A stretch of DNA of 64,000 bases from an uncultured Phycisphaerales bacterium (GCA_963758525.1 CAVWVQ010000002.1:288001-352000); one strand, 5' to 3'. Shown: positions 19,438-29,043, counted from the first letter of the stretch. Made by a program: numbers and translations. Notes: generated by a model from the sequence alone, not told the origin.

Positions 19438-20907
19438 ATGCCCCGAGCCCAGCACTTCATTGATGGCAATTGGATCACCGGCGACGGCCCGGAGATGATG
19501 TGGCTCAGTCCCGCCGACGGCAAGCCGACCTGGCGAGGTCATGCCGCGTCTGTCGAGCAGATCGACTCGGCAGTTGCCGCGGCACGTCGGGCGCTGGCCT
19601 TCTGGATGCGCCGGCCTGTCGCGGAACGCATCACCAATCTCGAAGCGTTCGCGAGCGAGCTGCACACCCGCAAGTCTGATCTGGTCGATGCCATCTCGCA
19701 CGAAACGGGCAAGCCGAACTGGGAAGCCGCAAGCGAAGTCGAGACGATGATTCGCAAAGTGCCGCTCTCGATCGCGGCCTATCGCGAGCGGCGCAGTCCC
19801 GGGGAAACCGAATCGGGCGGCGAATGGTCCGCCACGCGCTACAAGCCGCACGGAGTGTGCGCTGTGTTCGGTCCGTTCAACTTCCCCGGACATCTTCCCA
19901 ACGGGCACATCGTTCCTGCCCTGCTCGCCGGCAATACGGTGGTCTTCAAACCCAGCGAACAGGCGCCACTTGTCGCGGACATGACCATGCGGGCCTGGGA
20001 GGCGGCGGATTTGCCGCCGGGCGTCATCAACTGCGTGCTGGGCGGGCGCGACGCCGGCGCCGCGCTGGCATCGCACCCGGGCCTCGACGGCATCTTCTTC
20101 ACCGGCAGCTTTGCAGCAGGGAAAGCGATCAGCCAGGCGTTGGCATCAACGCCGGGGAAGATTGTGGCGCTCGAAATGGGCGGCAACAATCCGCTGGTGA
20201 TCTGGAATGCGAAAGATCCGGACGCGGCGGCGTATTTCACGATCCTCTCGGCGTTCATCACCGCCGGCCAGCGGTGCAGTTGTGCGCGACGATTGATTCT
20301 CCCCGCTGATGACAATGGCAGCGCGCAGTTGAAGACGCTCGTCGCCGCCACCCAAAAGATTCGGATTGGCGTTCCAACGGATCGGCCCGAGCCATTCATG
20401 GGAACCGTCATCTCCACCACCGCTGCCGACCACGTCCTTGCGGCTCAGGACGATCTCCTTCACCGCGGCGGCGTTCCCCTGCTGGAAATGCGACGTCAGT
20501 CCGCCAGCCCCGCCCTGCTTTCGCCGGGAATCATTGATGTGACAAACGTGCGCGACCGCGCCGACACGGAGATCTTCGGCCCGCTGCTGCAGGTCATCCG
20601 CGTCAGCGATTGGGACGCGGCAATCCGCGAAGCCAATAACACCGCCTACGGACTATGCGCGGGGCTGCTCAGCGACGACCGTGAGCTGCACGACCGTTTC
20701 TACGAATCGGTCCGCGCCGGGCTGATCAATTGGAACCGCCCCACCACCGGCGCCAGCAGCGCCCTTCCGTTCGGCGGCGTCGGCAACAGCGGCAACCACC
20801 GACCCAGCGGCTCGTGGGCCGCGGATTACTGCTCCTATCCGGTGGCATCGCTGGAGTCTTCCGCTTTGCGAATGCCCGCGCAGCGCCTGCCAGGGATAGC
20901 GGAATGA
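19438..20907 (+). CDS. astD: Succinylglutamate-semialdehyde dehydrogenase
   Basis: FGPFNFPGHLPNGHIVPALLAGN, ALEMGGNNP, AGQRCSCARR, WNRPTTGASS..PFGG, GNHRPS. Confidence 0.93.
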   Translation: MPRAQHFIDGNWITGDGPEMMWLSPADGKPTWRGHAASVEQIDSAVAAARRALAFWMRRPVAERITNLEAFASELHTRKSDLVDAISHETGKPNWEAASEVETMIRKVPLSIAAYRERRSPGETESGGEWSATRYKPHGVCAVFGPFNFPGHLPNGHIVPALLAGNTVVFKPSEQAPLVADMTMRAWEAADLPPGVINCVLGGRDAGAALASHPGLDGIFFTGSFAAGKAISQALASTPGKIVALEMGGNNPLVIWNAKDPDAAAYFTILSAFITAGQRCSCARRLILPADDNGSAQLKTLVAATQKIRIGVPTDRPEPFMGTVISTTAADHVLAAQDDLLHRGGVPLLEMRRQSASPALLSPGIIDVTNVRDRADTEIFGPLLQVIRVSDWDAAIREANNTAYGLCAGLLSDDRELHDRFYESVRAGLINWNRPTTGASSALPFGGVGNSGNHRPSGSWAADYCSYPVASLESSALRMPAQRLPGIAE

Positions 20908-20950
20908 GAATCGGGTATACCGAGGCGCGTCAGCCTCTCATTCAATACCA

Positions 20951-21012
20951 GGTTAGCCGCGACGCGCAGCGGAGCGCTTCCGGACGCGCTCCGCTGCGCG
21001 TCGCGGCTAACC
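20951..21012. repeat. REP doublet, family GGTTAGCCGCGACGCGCAGCGGAGCG
   Basis: 26-bp perfect inverted arms with a short spacer; same unit flanks the tyrosine transposase at 28195-28783. Confidence 0.88.
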
Positions 21013-21043
21013 GGAGATGCGCGCCAAGCTTCCCGCGCTCTCA

Positions 21044-22393
21044 ATGACCCCGATGCCCGCACGTGAAGTCAATTTCGACGCGATCGTCGGTCCGACGCAT
21101 CACTACGCCGGATTGGCGCACGGAAATCTCGCATCCCAGCGGTTCAAGCACACCATTTCCAATCCAAGGCGAGCCGCGCTGGAAGGTCTCGCGAAAATGA
21201 AGCGGCTCGCGGACATGGGAATCCCGCAGGCGGTCCTGCCGCCGCATGATCGGCCCGATCTTGCCACGCTGCGCCGACTCGGTTTTCGCGGAAGCCCGGC
21301 AGAGATTCTCGCGGCCGCTGCCGCTGACGATCCTGCGGTTCTCTCCGCCTGCTCGAGCGCTTCGGCGATGTGGGCGGCCAATGCCGCGACGGTTTCACCC
21401 AGCGCTGATACCGCAGATCGCCGCCTGCACCTCACGGTCGCCAATCTGATGAGTCAGTTTCATCGATCGCTTGAGCCGGTGACCACGACCGCGGTGCTGC
21501 AGAAGCTCTTTGCGGACGAATCAAAATTCACCGTGCATGCGCCACTTCCAGCGACCGCGCTCTGGTCCGATGAAGGCGCCGCCAACCACACCCGGTTATG
21601 CGATACTTTCGATTCTCCCGGCATCGAGCTCTTCGTCTATGGCCGCGACGATCGGGCGGGCGGTTCGCTCCCCCGCCGGTTTCCCGCGCGGCAGTCGTGC
21701 GCCGCTTCCCAAGCCGTCGCTCGCCTGCATCAGCTCGACCGCGAGCGCACCCTCTACGTCCGGCAAAATCCGGATGCGATCGACGCCGGCGTGTTTCACA
21801 ATGATGTGATCTGCGTCGGCAATCAAAATGTGCTGCTGTATCACGAAGCGGCATTTGCTCCCGCCGAAGCGGATCGAATCGCTGAAGCTTTTTTACGGGC
21901 AACCGGCGATTCGCTGCATCTCCTGCGCGTGACGGACGAGGAATTGCCGCTTGCCGCCGCCGTGGAGATCTATCTGTTCAACAGTCAGTTGATCACACTT
22001 CCCAACAATCGAATGGTGCTGGTCGCCCCGGCGGAATGTCAGACGAGTCCGCTGGCCCGCGCGGTCATCGATCGTCTGATCGATGAATCCAACCCAATTG
22101 ATTCATGCGTTTACGTCGACGTGCGCCAAAGCATGCAGAACGGCGGCGGGCCCGCGTGTCTGCGGCTGAGGGTGGTGCTGACGGATGCCGAACGAGCGGC
22201 GGTTGCGGGGCGCGTCTTTCTCGACGACGCTCTGTTCGATGAGCTGACAGTGTGGATCACTCGCCACTACCGCGAAGCATTATGCGCGGATGATCTTGCG
22301 GATCCTCAACTGCTGCACGAAGGCCGACGAGCTTTGGACGAACTCAGCAGTATTTTGCAACTTGGGTGTGTGTATGCGTTTCAAGGCCCGTAG
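21044..22393 (+). CDS. astB: N-succinylarginine dihydrolase
   Basis: EVNFD.IVGPTHHYAGL..GNLAS, SAMWAANAATVSPS, DEGAANH, GVFHNDV, SMQNGGGPACLRLRV. Confidence 0.95.
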   Translation: MTPMPAREVNFDAIVGPTHHYAGLAHGNLASQRFKHTISNPRRAALEGLAKMKRLADMGIPQAVLPPHDRPDLATLRRLGFRGSPAEILAAAAADDPAVLSACSSASAMWAANAATVSPSADTADRRLHLTVANLMSQFHRSLEPVTTTAVLQKLFADESKFTVHAPLPATALWSDEGAANHTRLCDTFDSPGIELFVYGRDDRAGGSLPRRFPARQSCAASQAVARLHQLDRERTLYVRQNPDAIDAGVFHNDVICVGNQNVLLYHEAAFAPAEADRIAEAFLRATGDSLHLLRVTDEELPLAAAVEIYLFNSQLITLPNNRMVLVAPAECQTSPLARAVIDRLIDESNPIDSCVYVDVRQSMQNGGGPACLRLRVVLTDAERAAVAGRVFLDDALFDELTVWITRHYREALCADDLADPQLLHEGRRALDELSSILQLGCVYAFQGP

Positions 22394-22484
22394 CCTTGGA
22401 TGTACATCCAGGGCTGCTGTCTCGAGTATCGCAAGGGGCTCGCACTTCCAAGGTGCTCGGCACGGGTCGGAAACCCGTGGTACT

Positions 22485-23282
22485 TCAGCGCCTGTTCGTG
22501 CTCTCAAAGATCTTGTCGGCGGACTTCTCCACAAAGCCGCTGTAGAGCCGGCCGTCGGGCATTTTGTGGCGGAGGGCAAATTCGTAATAGCAGGCGGGGA
22601 TCCGATGCGTCCCATCGGTGAAGCTTGTCTCTACCTGATCGGCCAGCGTGGAAGATTGCTCCAGATAGACCTCTGGCGAACCCTTGATCTCACCTCCGCT
22701 GGCATTGAGCTTGAACCCGTTCTCCTTGAGAAACGAGTTCAGCTCCGTCAAGTCGGCGAAGCTTTTGAGCGCGTTGACCAACACCGTGAAATGGTTTGCG
22801 CGAAACCCGAAAGCGGCCATCCACGCCCCGTATTCACTTTCGGCACGGAGCGATTCATATTCAGCCCAGGAGACGTTCCACGTTCGGCCGGCTACGGGAA
22901 AATCCCATTGCCCGGGCAGGGCCGCCGGCATCTGGTCGATCAGCCGCTTCACAGTGCCCTGCAGCCCGGCTGAAAAATCCCGCAGCTTCAGCTCACTGAT
23001 AAAAATGCGCGGGAACTTTCCGCTGGGATGCTCGAAGTGCCGGGCGTCCAATTTCTTCTCCGGGAACGAATAGTCGCCCATGGGCGCGTAGCCGCACCGA
23101 ATGAACGGCGCGGAGAGCGCTTCGAGGCCGATGCGCGGATCGTTGTAGGTGCGCAGCGCGATGTGGTCATTGACGACACGCTCGCCACGCGATTGGAGCA
23201 GGGAGTGGATCGCGGCAGCCTGGGGGTTGATGGTCCGGTAGTCGGTCCAGAGTTTTTCGAGAAGGTCATCGATCTGTGCCAT
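22485..23282 (-). CDS. DUF1338 family protein (2-oxoadipate dioxygenase/decarboxylase, HglS/YdcJ-like)
   Basis: NDHIALRT, PRIFISEL, ESEYGAW, ANHFT, LEQSST, YYEFA.R, ADKIFEST; GGAGG RBS upstream. Confidence 0.85.
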   Translation of the reverse strand: MAQIDDLLEKLWTDYRTINPQAAAIHSLLQSRGERVVNDHIALRTYNDPRIGLEALSAPFIRCGYAPMGDYSFPEKKLDARHFEHPSGKFPRIFISELKLRDFSAGLQGTVKRLIDQMPAALPGQWDFPVAGRTWNVSWAEYESLRAESEYGAWMAAFGFRANHFTVLVNALKSFADLTELNSFLKENGFKLNASGGEIKGSPEVYLEQSSTLADQVETSFTDGTHRIPACYYEFALRHKMPDGRLYSGFVEKSADKIFESTNRR

Positions 23283-23419
23283 GCGTCCTCCGCGTGAAAA
23301 ATCGCACGGGATTGTATTCCGATTGCGCGACTCAATGCAGCGTCCTGTCGATTTGTGCAGATAACGAAGACCTGCGGAGCAAGCACCGCCGGCGTTGAAA
23401 TGCAGCAAACATAGATGTG

Positions 23420-24076
23420 CTACACCTTGGCGCGTTTTGCGGGGCGTTCGTTTCTGCGCCACAGATACCATGTCGCCAGGGATCTCCAGGGTCGCCATGG
23501 CTCTGCCAGGAGGGTCAGTTCCTTGGTAGTCGGGCGATGATCAAGCCCGTAGACTTCGCGCACCGCATCACGCAGGCCCAGATCGTCTACTGGCAGCACG
23601 TCCGCTCGATTGAGCACGAACATCAGAAACATTTCGGCCGTCCAACGCCCGATTCCATGCACGCGGATCAGGGCGTCGATCACCTGCTGATCGGTCATCG
23701 TCGAAAGGCGGCGCGTCGCGATCTTGCCGGCATGGAAGTGCTCGGCCAGATCGCGCAGGTATTTGGTCTTTTGACGGGACAATCCGCAGGTCTTCAGCAG
23801 GGCGGGATCGCCATCAAGCAGGCTCAGCGTGAGAAGCGGTGTCGGCCGTTTACCGGGGAACCGCTGACGAAATCTGGCAAAGAGGACCGCGGCCACCCGC
23901 GTCGATATCTGCTGTGCGTAGATCGCTTTGCAGAGGACAACAAAATAATCACGCCGCGGGCGGAGCGTGCACGGGCCGACCTTTCGGATAATTTTTCGCA
24001 GCTTCGGATCGACGCGCGCCAGGTGCCTGGCGCCGGCAGTCCAGCAGTCGTCCGCTTCCGTTTGGTCGAACCACAT
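23420..24076 (-). CDS. DNA-3-methyladenine glycosylase II (AlkA-like, HhH-GPD)
   Basis: IYAQQIS, GLSRQK, GIGRWTAEMFL, DVLPVDDLG, WRPWRS.A..YLW. Confidence 0.9.
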   Translation of the reverse strand: MWFDQTEADDCWTAGARHLARVDPKLRKIIRKVGPCTLRPRRDYFVVLCKAIYAQQISTRVAAVLFARFRQRFPGKRPTPLLTLSLLDGDPALLKTCGLSRQKTKYLRDLAEHFHAGKIATRRLSTMTDQQVIDALIRVHGIGRWTAEMFLMFVLNRADVLPVDDLGLRDAVREVYGLDHRPTTKELTLLAEPWRPWRSLATWYLWRRNERPAKRAKV

Positions 24077-24095
24077 TCTTGCGATTCTAGGAGGG

Positions 24096-24263
24096 CAGGA
24101 TTCAGGGTTCAGGGTTCAGGGTTCAGGGAAGAATTTACGTCGGTCGCTTTACTGAACGCGGAACCCTGACACCGTTCTCGGTAGGATTCAGGATTCAGGA
24201 TCCAGGGTTAGAGTTTTATGCTCGTGGCTTTACTGAACCCTGAACCCTGACACCCTGAACCCT
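24096..24263. repeat. TTCAGGG/CCCTGAA heptamer palindromic repeat, two tandem units
   Basis: (TTCAGGG)n arms paired with (CCCTGAA)n arms; 31-bp arm identical to that at 55979-56009. Confidence 0.85.
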
Positions 24264-24368
24264 TCACCGGCCCGCGCGATGTGGGGATATGCCCCTTGTT
24301 GGCGCGGTATGTGATAGCGCGTACAATTCAGGCGGGGAAAATCATTGCTTGGCGCTTGAGGAGACTTG

Positions 24369-24848
24369 ATGAAAGTTCCGTTGAAATTGAACTCGATCGA
24401 TCAGGAACACCTGCAGGAGTTGTATAACGCGGCGGGCGTTGCCCGCGACGAGCTGCCGTACACCGCGGCATACGATGAGATCTGCCAGGGGTTTCAGGAC
24501 CGCACGTTCAAGAACGCGGATCCGGAGCAGCTTTTCGGGGCAATCATCAAATACGTCCGCAGCAGCAGCAACTCGGCCACGGAACTTCCCGAAGGGACGA
24601 TCACGCCCGATCAGCAGAAGCAGCTCAAAGCCGTGCTTTCGCGTCACCTTGTCGGCGGAAAGATTCTGCCCTACAGCGACGAGTTCACCGTCGCCCGTAC
24701 CGAATTCACGAAAGTCTCCGGCACCGATCTGGGCGAGCAGGACTTCTGGCGGGCGATTCAGCGTTTGCACGGGTCCAAACGCCGCGCGCCCAAGCGCGTG
24801 AAGGTCGCAGCCCCCGTTGCGGTCGATGATGACGATGAGGTCGAATAG
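24369..24848 (+). CDS. Hypothetical protein with two internal ~60-aa LPY[TS]xx[FY] repeats
   Basis: GAGGAG RBS, coding-like codon use; repeats ...RDELPYTAAYDEI.. and ..GKILPYSDEFTVA.. Confidence 0.7.
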   Translation: MKVPLKLNSIDQEHLQELYNAAGVARDELPYTAAYDEICQGFQDRTFKNADPEQLFGAIIKYVRSSSNSATELPEGTITPDQQKQLKAVLSRHLVGGKILPYSDEFTVARTEFTKVSGTDLGEQDFWRAIQRLHGSKRRAPKRVKVAAPVAVDDDDEVE

Positions 24849-24875
24849 CGCGTTTTTGCGACGAAGAATTTTCCC

Positions 24876-24994
24876 GTGGCACGGGCGTCCCGCCCGTGTC
24901 AGCGGCCCGGCAGTGGAAAAATATCCGATATTGAAGACGCTTTGTAATCTTGGCGTCGCCAGCATGGGCGGGACGCGCGGGACGCCCATGCCAC
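24876..24994. repeat. GTGG-type REP doublet (REPIN)
   Basis: Reverse complement aligns with 7100-7218, including the GCGTCCCGC duplication and spacer fragments. Confidence 0.8.
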
Positions 24995-25112
24995 GCATGC
25001 CACGGGGATATCTGCGGAAGAGCATTGCAGGGTCTGCCTTGGGGTCGCTATCATTCCCCGCTTGATTCCGCCGGGCTGTGATCGGCCCCGCCTTGAAAGG
25101 ACGTACTGCGAC

Positions 25113-27392
25113 ATGCCCGCACTTACCTGGAGAGAGAAGCTCGCCGGCCAGGTCGATCCAAACCTCACGGAAGAGATCGATGCATTTGAAGCCAAGATCG
25201 AGCTGCGCAAGCAGGGACGCCTCGACGAAAAGGTCTTTGCCGAGAGCCGATTGCGGCGCGGCGTCTATGGTCAGCGCTACGACAACGGCCAACGTCACGA
25301 CGGGATCCGCACGCAGAAACTGCAGTTCCCCCACGCCGAACTCACCAAGGGCCCCGAAACTTTCTTCGACGCCCCAGGCATGCAGCGCATCAAGATTCCG
25401 TTTGGGGGATTGACGCCGCAGCAGATGCTCGTCCTCGCTGAATGCGCCGACGAATATTCCGACGCGATCCTGCATATCACGACCCGCCAGGACGTCCAAC
25501 TCCACTACATTCACATTGAAGATACGCCCCCGATGATGCGCCGCCTTGCGGCAGTCGGCATCACTACGCGCGAGGCGTGCGGCAACTCCGTCCGCAACGT
25601 CACCGCCTGCCCGATCGCCGGCGTCTGCAACGAAGAGGCGTTTGACGTCACGCCGTATGCGAAGGCCTGCGCCTTCTATCTGCTGGGCCATCCCGATACC
25701 CAGGACTTCGGCCGCAAGTTCAAGATCGCATTCTCCGGCTGCAAGAGCAACGCCTGCGCTCTGGTGACCATTCACGACATGGGGGGCATCGCCAAGACCA
25801 AAGTCGTCGATGGCAAGACCATTCGCGGGTTCGAGCTTTACGTCGGGGGCGGATTCGGCGCGGTCCCCTATCAGGCGAAGCTGTACGACGAATTTGTTCC
25901 TGTCGAAGACCTGCTGCCGCTCTCCCGCGCCATGGCTCGCGTCTACGCCCGCCTTGGCGAAAAGAAGAACCGCAACAAGGCGCGCATCAAGTTCCTCGTC
26001 GCCAAGCTCGGCATCGAGGAGTTCAAGCGGCTGGTGCAGGAAGAATTTCAGTCGATGCCCGCCGATGATTCGTGGCGGACCTATTTCGACCAGATCGAAA
26101 AATACGACGAGCAGCCGGCTGCTGCCGCCTCTAATTTGAACGGCGCTGCCCGCCCCGCCGGGTTTGATGACTGGCACAAGACCAACGTCTATCGCCAGCG
26201 CCAGGCAGGCTATGCGACGGTGACGATTACGCTGCCGCTGGGCGATCTCTCATCCGACCAGATGCGTGCCCTGGCTGCGATGACGACGCAGTACAAGACG
26301 CCGCACGTGCGGACGACCGTCGAACAGAATCTGGTGTTTCGCTGGGTGCCTGAGGCAAAGCTGATCGACTTTTACCGCGATCTGGCCGCCATCGGGCTCG
26401 GCGAAAGCGGCGCGGGAACCATCGTGGATGTCGTTGCGTGCCCGGGAACCGACACCTGCAAGCTGGGCATCGCGTCTTCGCGCGGCCTTGCCGGCGAGTT
26501 GCGCCAACGCCTTGCGGCACAGGCGATGAACATGGACGAGGCGATTCGCAACCTGCGCGTCAAGATCAGCGGCTGCTTCAATTCCTGCGGGCAGCATCAC
26601 GTCGCCGACATCGGTTTTTACGGCAACAGCCGCAATGTGGGCGGCTACACCGTGCCGCATTTTCAGGTGGTTCTCGGCGGACAATGGTCGGAGAACGCCG
26701 CTTCCTACGGGCAGGCGATGGGCTCGGTCCCGTCGAAGCGCATCCCCGAATTTGTCGCCAGCCTGACGGAGAAGTTTGTCAGCGATCGTCAGCCGAACGA
26801 GAGTTTCCAGAAATATTGCGGGCGTCTCGGAAAGAAGTCGTTGAAGGCAATGATCGACCAATGGACCAAAGTCCCGCCGCACGACGTGGACGCGAGCTAC
26901 TACTCCGACTGGGGCGACCCGCGCGAGTTCACCATCGGTGACATGGCGATGGGCGAGTGCGCCGGCGAGATGGTCACCACCGCGGAATTCGGTTTCGCCG
27001 CCGCGGAAACGAGCAATTTCGAGGCGCAGCTCGCACTGGAAGCCGGCGACTATCGCCGGGCCGACGAACTGGCTTACAAGGCAATGATCGAAGCGGCTTC
27101 GACGATCCTCAAGACGCAGCTTCCCGATCTGCCGAAAGACAACAACACCATCGTCTCTGAATTCCGCACGCGGTTCGTCGATACGAAGCTCTTCTGGGAT
27201 CGCTTCGCGCACGGGACTTTTTCCAACTACCTGTTCGCCCGCCATGAAGCGCCGCCCGAACGTCACACGAAAGAGACGGCCCATCAGTTAACCGACCAGG
27301 CCAACCTGTTCATCGACGCGGCGCATGCCTGCTATATGAAGCTTCAATCCAACGCCGCCGCTGAATCCGTGAAGCTGCCGGTTTTACCCTGA
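25113..27392 (+). CDS. Ferredoxin-type nitrite/sulfite reductase (siroheme, 4Fe-4S) with C-terminal extension
   Basis: GVYGQR, HITTRQD, ACGNSVRN, RKFKIAFSGC, ACPGTDTC, KISGCFNSCGQH. Confidence 0.9.
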   Translation: MPALTWREKLAGQVDPNLTEEIDAFEAKIELRKQGRLDEKVFAESRLRRGVYGQRYDNGQRHDGIRTQKLQFPHAELTKGPETFFDAPGMQRIKIPFGGLTPQQMLVLAECADEYSDAILHITTRQDVQLHYIHIEDTPPMMRRLAAVGITTREACGNSVRNVTACPIAGVCNEEAFDVTPYAKACAFYLLGHPDTQDFGRKFKIAFSGCKSNACALVTIHDMGGIAKTKVVDGKTIRGFELYVGGGFGAVPYQAKLYDEFVPVEDLLPLSRAMARVYARLGEKKNRNKARIKFLVAKLGIEEFKRLVQEEFQSMPADDSWRTYFDQIEKYDEQPAAAASNLNGAARPAGFDDWHKTNVYRQRQAGYATVTITLPLGDLSSDQMRALAAMTTQYKTPHVRTTVEQNLVFRWVPEAKLIDFYRDLAAIGLGESGAGTIVDVVACPGTDTCKLGIASSRGLAGELRQRLAAQAMNMDEAIRNLRVKISGCFNSCGQHHVADIGFYGNSRNVGGYTVPHFQVVLGGQWSENAASYGQAMGSVPSKRIPEFVASLTEKFVSDRQPNESFQKYCGRLGKKSLKAMIDQWTKVPPHDVDASYYSDWGDPREFTIGDMAMGECAGEMVTTAEFGFAAAETSNFEAQLALEAGDYRRADELAYKAMIEAASTILKTQLPDLPKDNNTIVSEFRTRFVDTKLFWDRFAHGTFSNYLFARHEAPPERHTKETAHQLTDQANLFIDAAHACYMKLQSNAAAESVKLPVLP

Positions 27393-27421
27393 CGCCATCT
27401 CGGCGCTGACAGCGAATTTCC

Positions 27422-27991
27422 ATGGACTCATCCAAGCTCGCGATCAAGTTTTTTGCCGACGACTCCTCGACGTTGAAAGCCGAGGAGCTGGTTCCCGTCT
27501 TTCACCAGTGGATTCAGACGCAGGCCGTTGCCGGACATCAGCCGATCGACGTCGCGGACTACGCGCACGTGAAGAACGGCCCGGGCGTCATGCTGATCGC
27601 CCACGAAGGTCAGTTCGGCTACGACCTTGCCGACGGTCAGCCGGGGCTGCTCTATTTGCGCATGCGGCCTCTCGACGGATCATTTGATACGCGTCTCATC
27701 GCGGTTGCCTCCGCTGCGCTCGGCGCCTGCGCCCGCATCGAACAGGCCCTTCCCGGCAAGATTCATTTCCGATCGGATCGAATCCTCTTTCGCATCAATG
27801 ACCGGCTCAACGCCCCGAATACCCCCGAAACGTTCGAGCAGATCGAGTCGCAGCTTCACGCATTTTTCTCCAAGCTCCTCGGCGGTGCGATTCGCATTGA
27901 ACACCGAGCTGATGTCACTCGTCCGTTTGAGGTACTGATCCGCGGACCCGGTGCTGCGTCGGTCGAGAAGATCCTCGCGACGCTCGTTTAG
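27422..27991 (+). CDS. Hypothetical protein co-transcribed with the reductase
   Basis: 189-aa ORF 29 bp downstream; motif-like VPVFHQWIQ...IDVADYAHV..GPGV. Confidence 0.7.
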   Translation: MDSSKLAIKFFADDSSTLKAEELVPVFHQWIQTQAVAGHQPIDVADYAHVKNGPGVMLIAHEGQFGYDLADGQPGLLYLRMRPLDGSFDTRLIAVASAALGACARIEQALPGKIHFRSDRILFRINDRLNAPNTPETFEQIESQLHAFFSKLLGGAIRIEHRADVTRPFEVLIRGPGAASVEKILATLV

Positions 27992-28019
27992 GGGCAGGGT
28001 TTGAGTGCGTTGCGCACTC

Positions 28020-28156
28020 GCGTTCGAATACGCGCTCCGCTGCGCGTCGCGGCTAACCGCTGATAACGACGATCGTCCGCGTTCCGACGAAGGTGCGGTG
28101 CGCCAGAGTGAGCTTTGGGTTAGCCGCGACGCGCAGCGGAGCGCGTATTCGAACGC
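28020..28156. repeat. REP doublet downstream of the tyrosine transposase
   Basis: GCGTTCGAATACGCGCTCCGCTGCGCGTCGCGGCTAACC...GGTTAGCCGCGACGCGCAGCGGAGCGCGTATTCGAACGC. Confidence 0.88.
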
Positions 28157-28194
28157 AAAGCGGCGCGGTCTCACTCAAAACCCAACGATCTCGT

Positions 28195-28783
28195 TTAAGC
28201 TTCCAGTTTAGTAACAAACGCCCACCTTTGTCGCTTCTTTCCTTCCTTCAGCGGATTTGCCTCCACATATTGGATTGCGCCAGACATCGTCGGGATCAAG
28301 GAACACCTTCCACTCCCCCCGCGCAAATGCCTTTGGAGTTCTCCGACCCTCGCGCCGATATTTCGCGAGAGGATGGATTCCCTCCTTCTCCAGTTCCAAC
28401 GTCGCGGAGGCTTTGAGCTGAATCACTGTCTGTTCCACACGAAGATGCGATCTGCCGAGAACCATATGCACATGATCAGGCATGATCGAGCAAGCCCAGA
28501 CCGGAAGCCCCGATCGCGCCGCATAGAGCGCAAACCCACGGGCGACGGCCCTTGCCTGCAATCCGTTGAAGAGAACGGGCGGATATTGCAGCGCTTTCTT
28601 CGATGCTATGCGCTTGGCGCGGTCGTGCTCGCCGTAGGCGAGCGAATGCGTTTCTGCGGTCGTGGTTGCGCCCCCGTATCGAAACAAGTCCCATGACCCA
28701 ACGAAGTCGGACCATGAGCCGCGAGGGTCGTTCGGGAGCCAGAATCCGTAGGTGCTGAAGATGACGTGGTATCCGACGATCAT
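28195..28783 (-). CDS. REP-associated HUH tyrosine transposase (RAYT/Y1_Tnp-like); frameshift near 28278
   Basis: YHVIFSTYGFWLP.DPRG, IMPDHVH (HUH); catalytic AIQYVEANP in the shifted frame ending at TAA 28195-28197; REP doublets on both sides. Confidence 0.82.
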
Positions 28784-28808
28784 GCGGGTTCATATATTAC
28801 GGTATCAC

Positions 28809-28943
28809 GCGCACGAATACTCGCTCCGCTGCGCGTCGCGGCTAACCTTCGAGCTGGATTTTACCAAGTGCGCTGATTAGTACATGCAGTCGCTGCGTCT
28901 CTGAGGTTAGCCGCGACGCGCAGCGGAGCGAGTATTCGTGCGC
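28809..28943. repeat. REP doublet upstream of the tyrosine transposase
   Basis: GCGCACGAATACTCGCTCCGCTGCGCGTCGCGGCTAACCT...AGGTTAGCCGCGACGCGCAGCGGAGCGAGTATTCGTGCGC. Confidence 0.88.
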
Positions 28944-29043
28944 CAGACGCCCGATTAACCACCTGCGCCCTTTCTTCGTCATCAGTATTTGCCCACGCGC
29001 CATTTCAACGCACCGGGGCGATCGGCCTATTATGTCATAAGAA

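Noticed and set aside
24096..24263. Heptamer arrays (also 15339-15492, 55848-56009) as CRISPR
   Set aside because: No constant 23-47 bp repeats with unique spacers and no cas genes; these are inverted short tandem repeats
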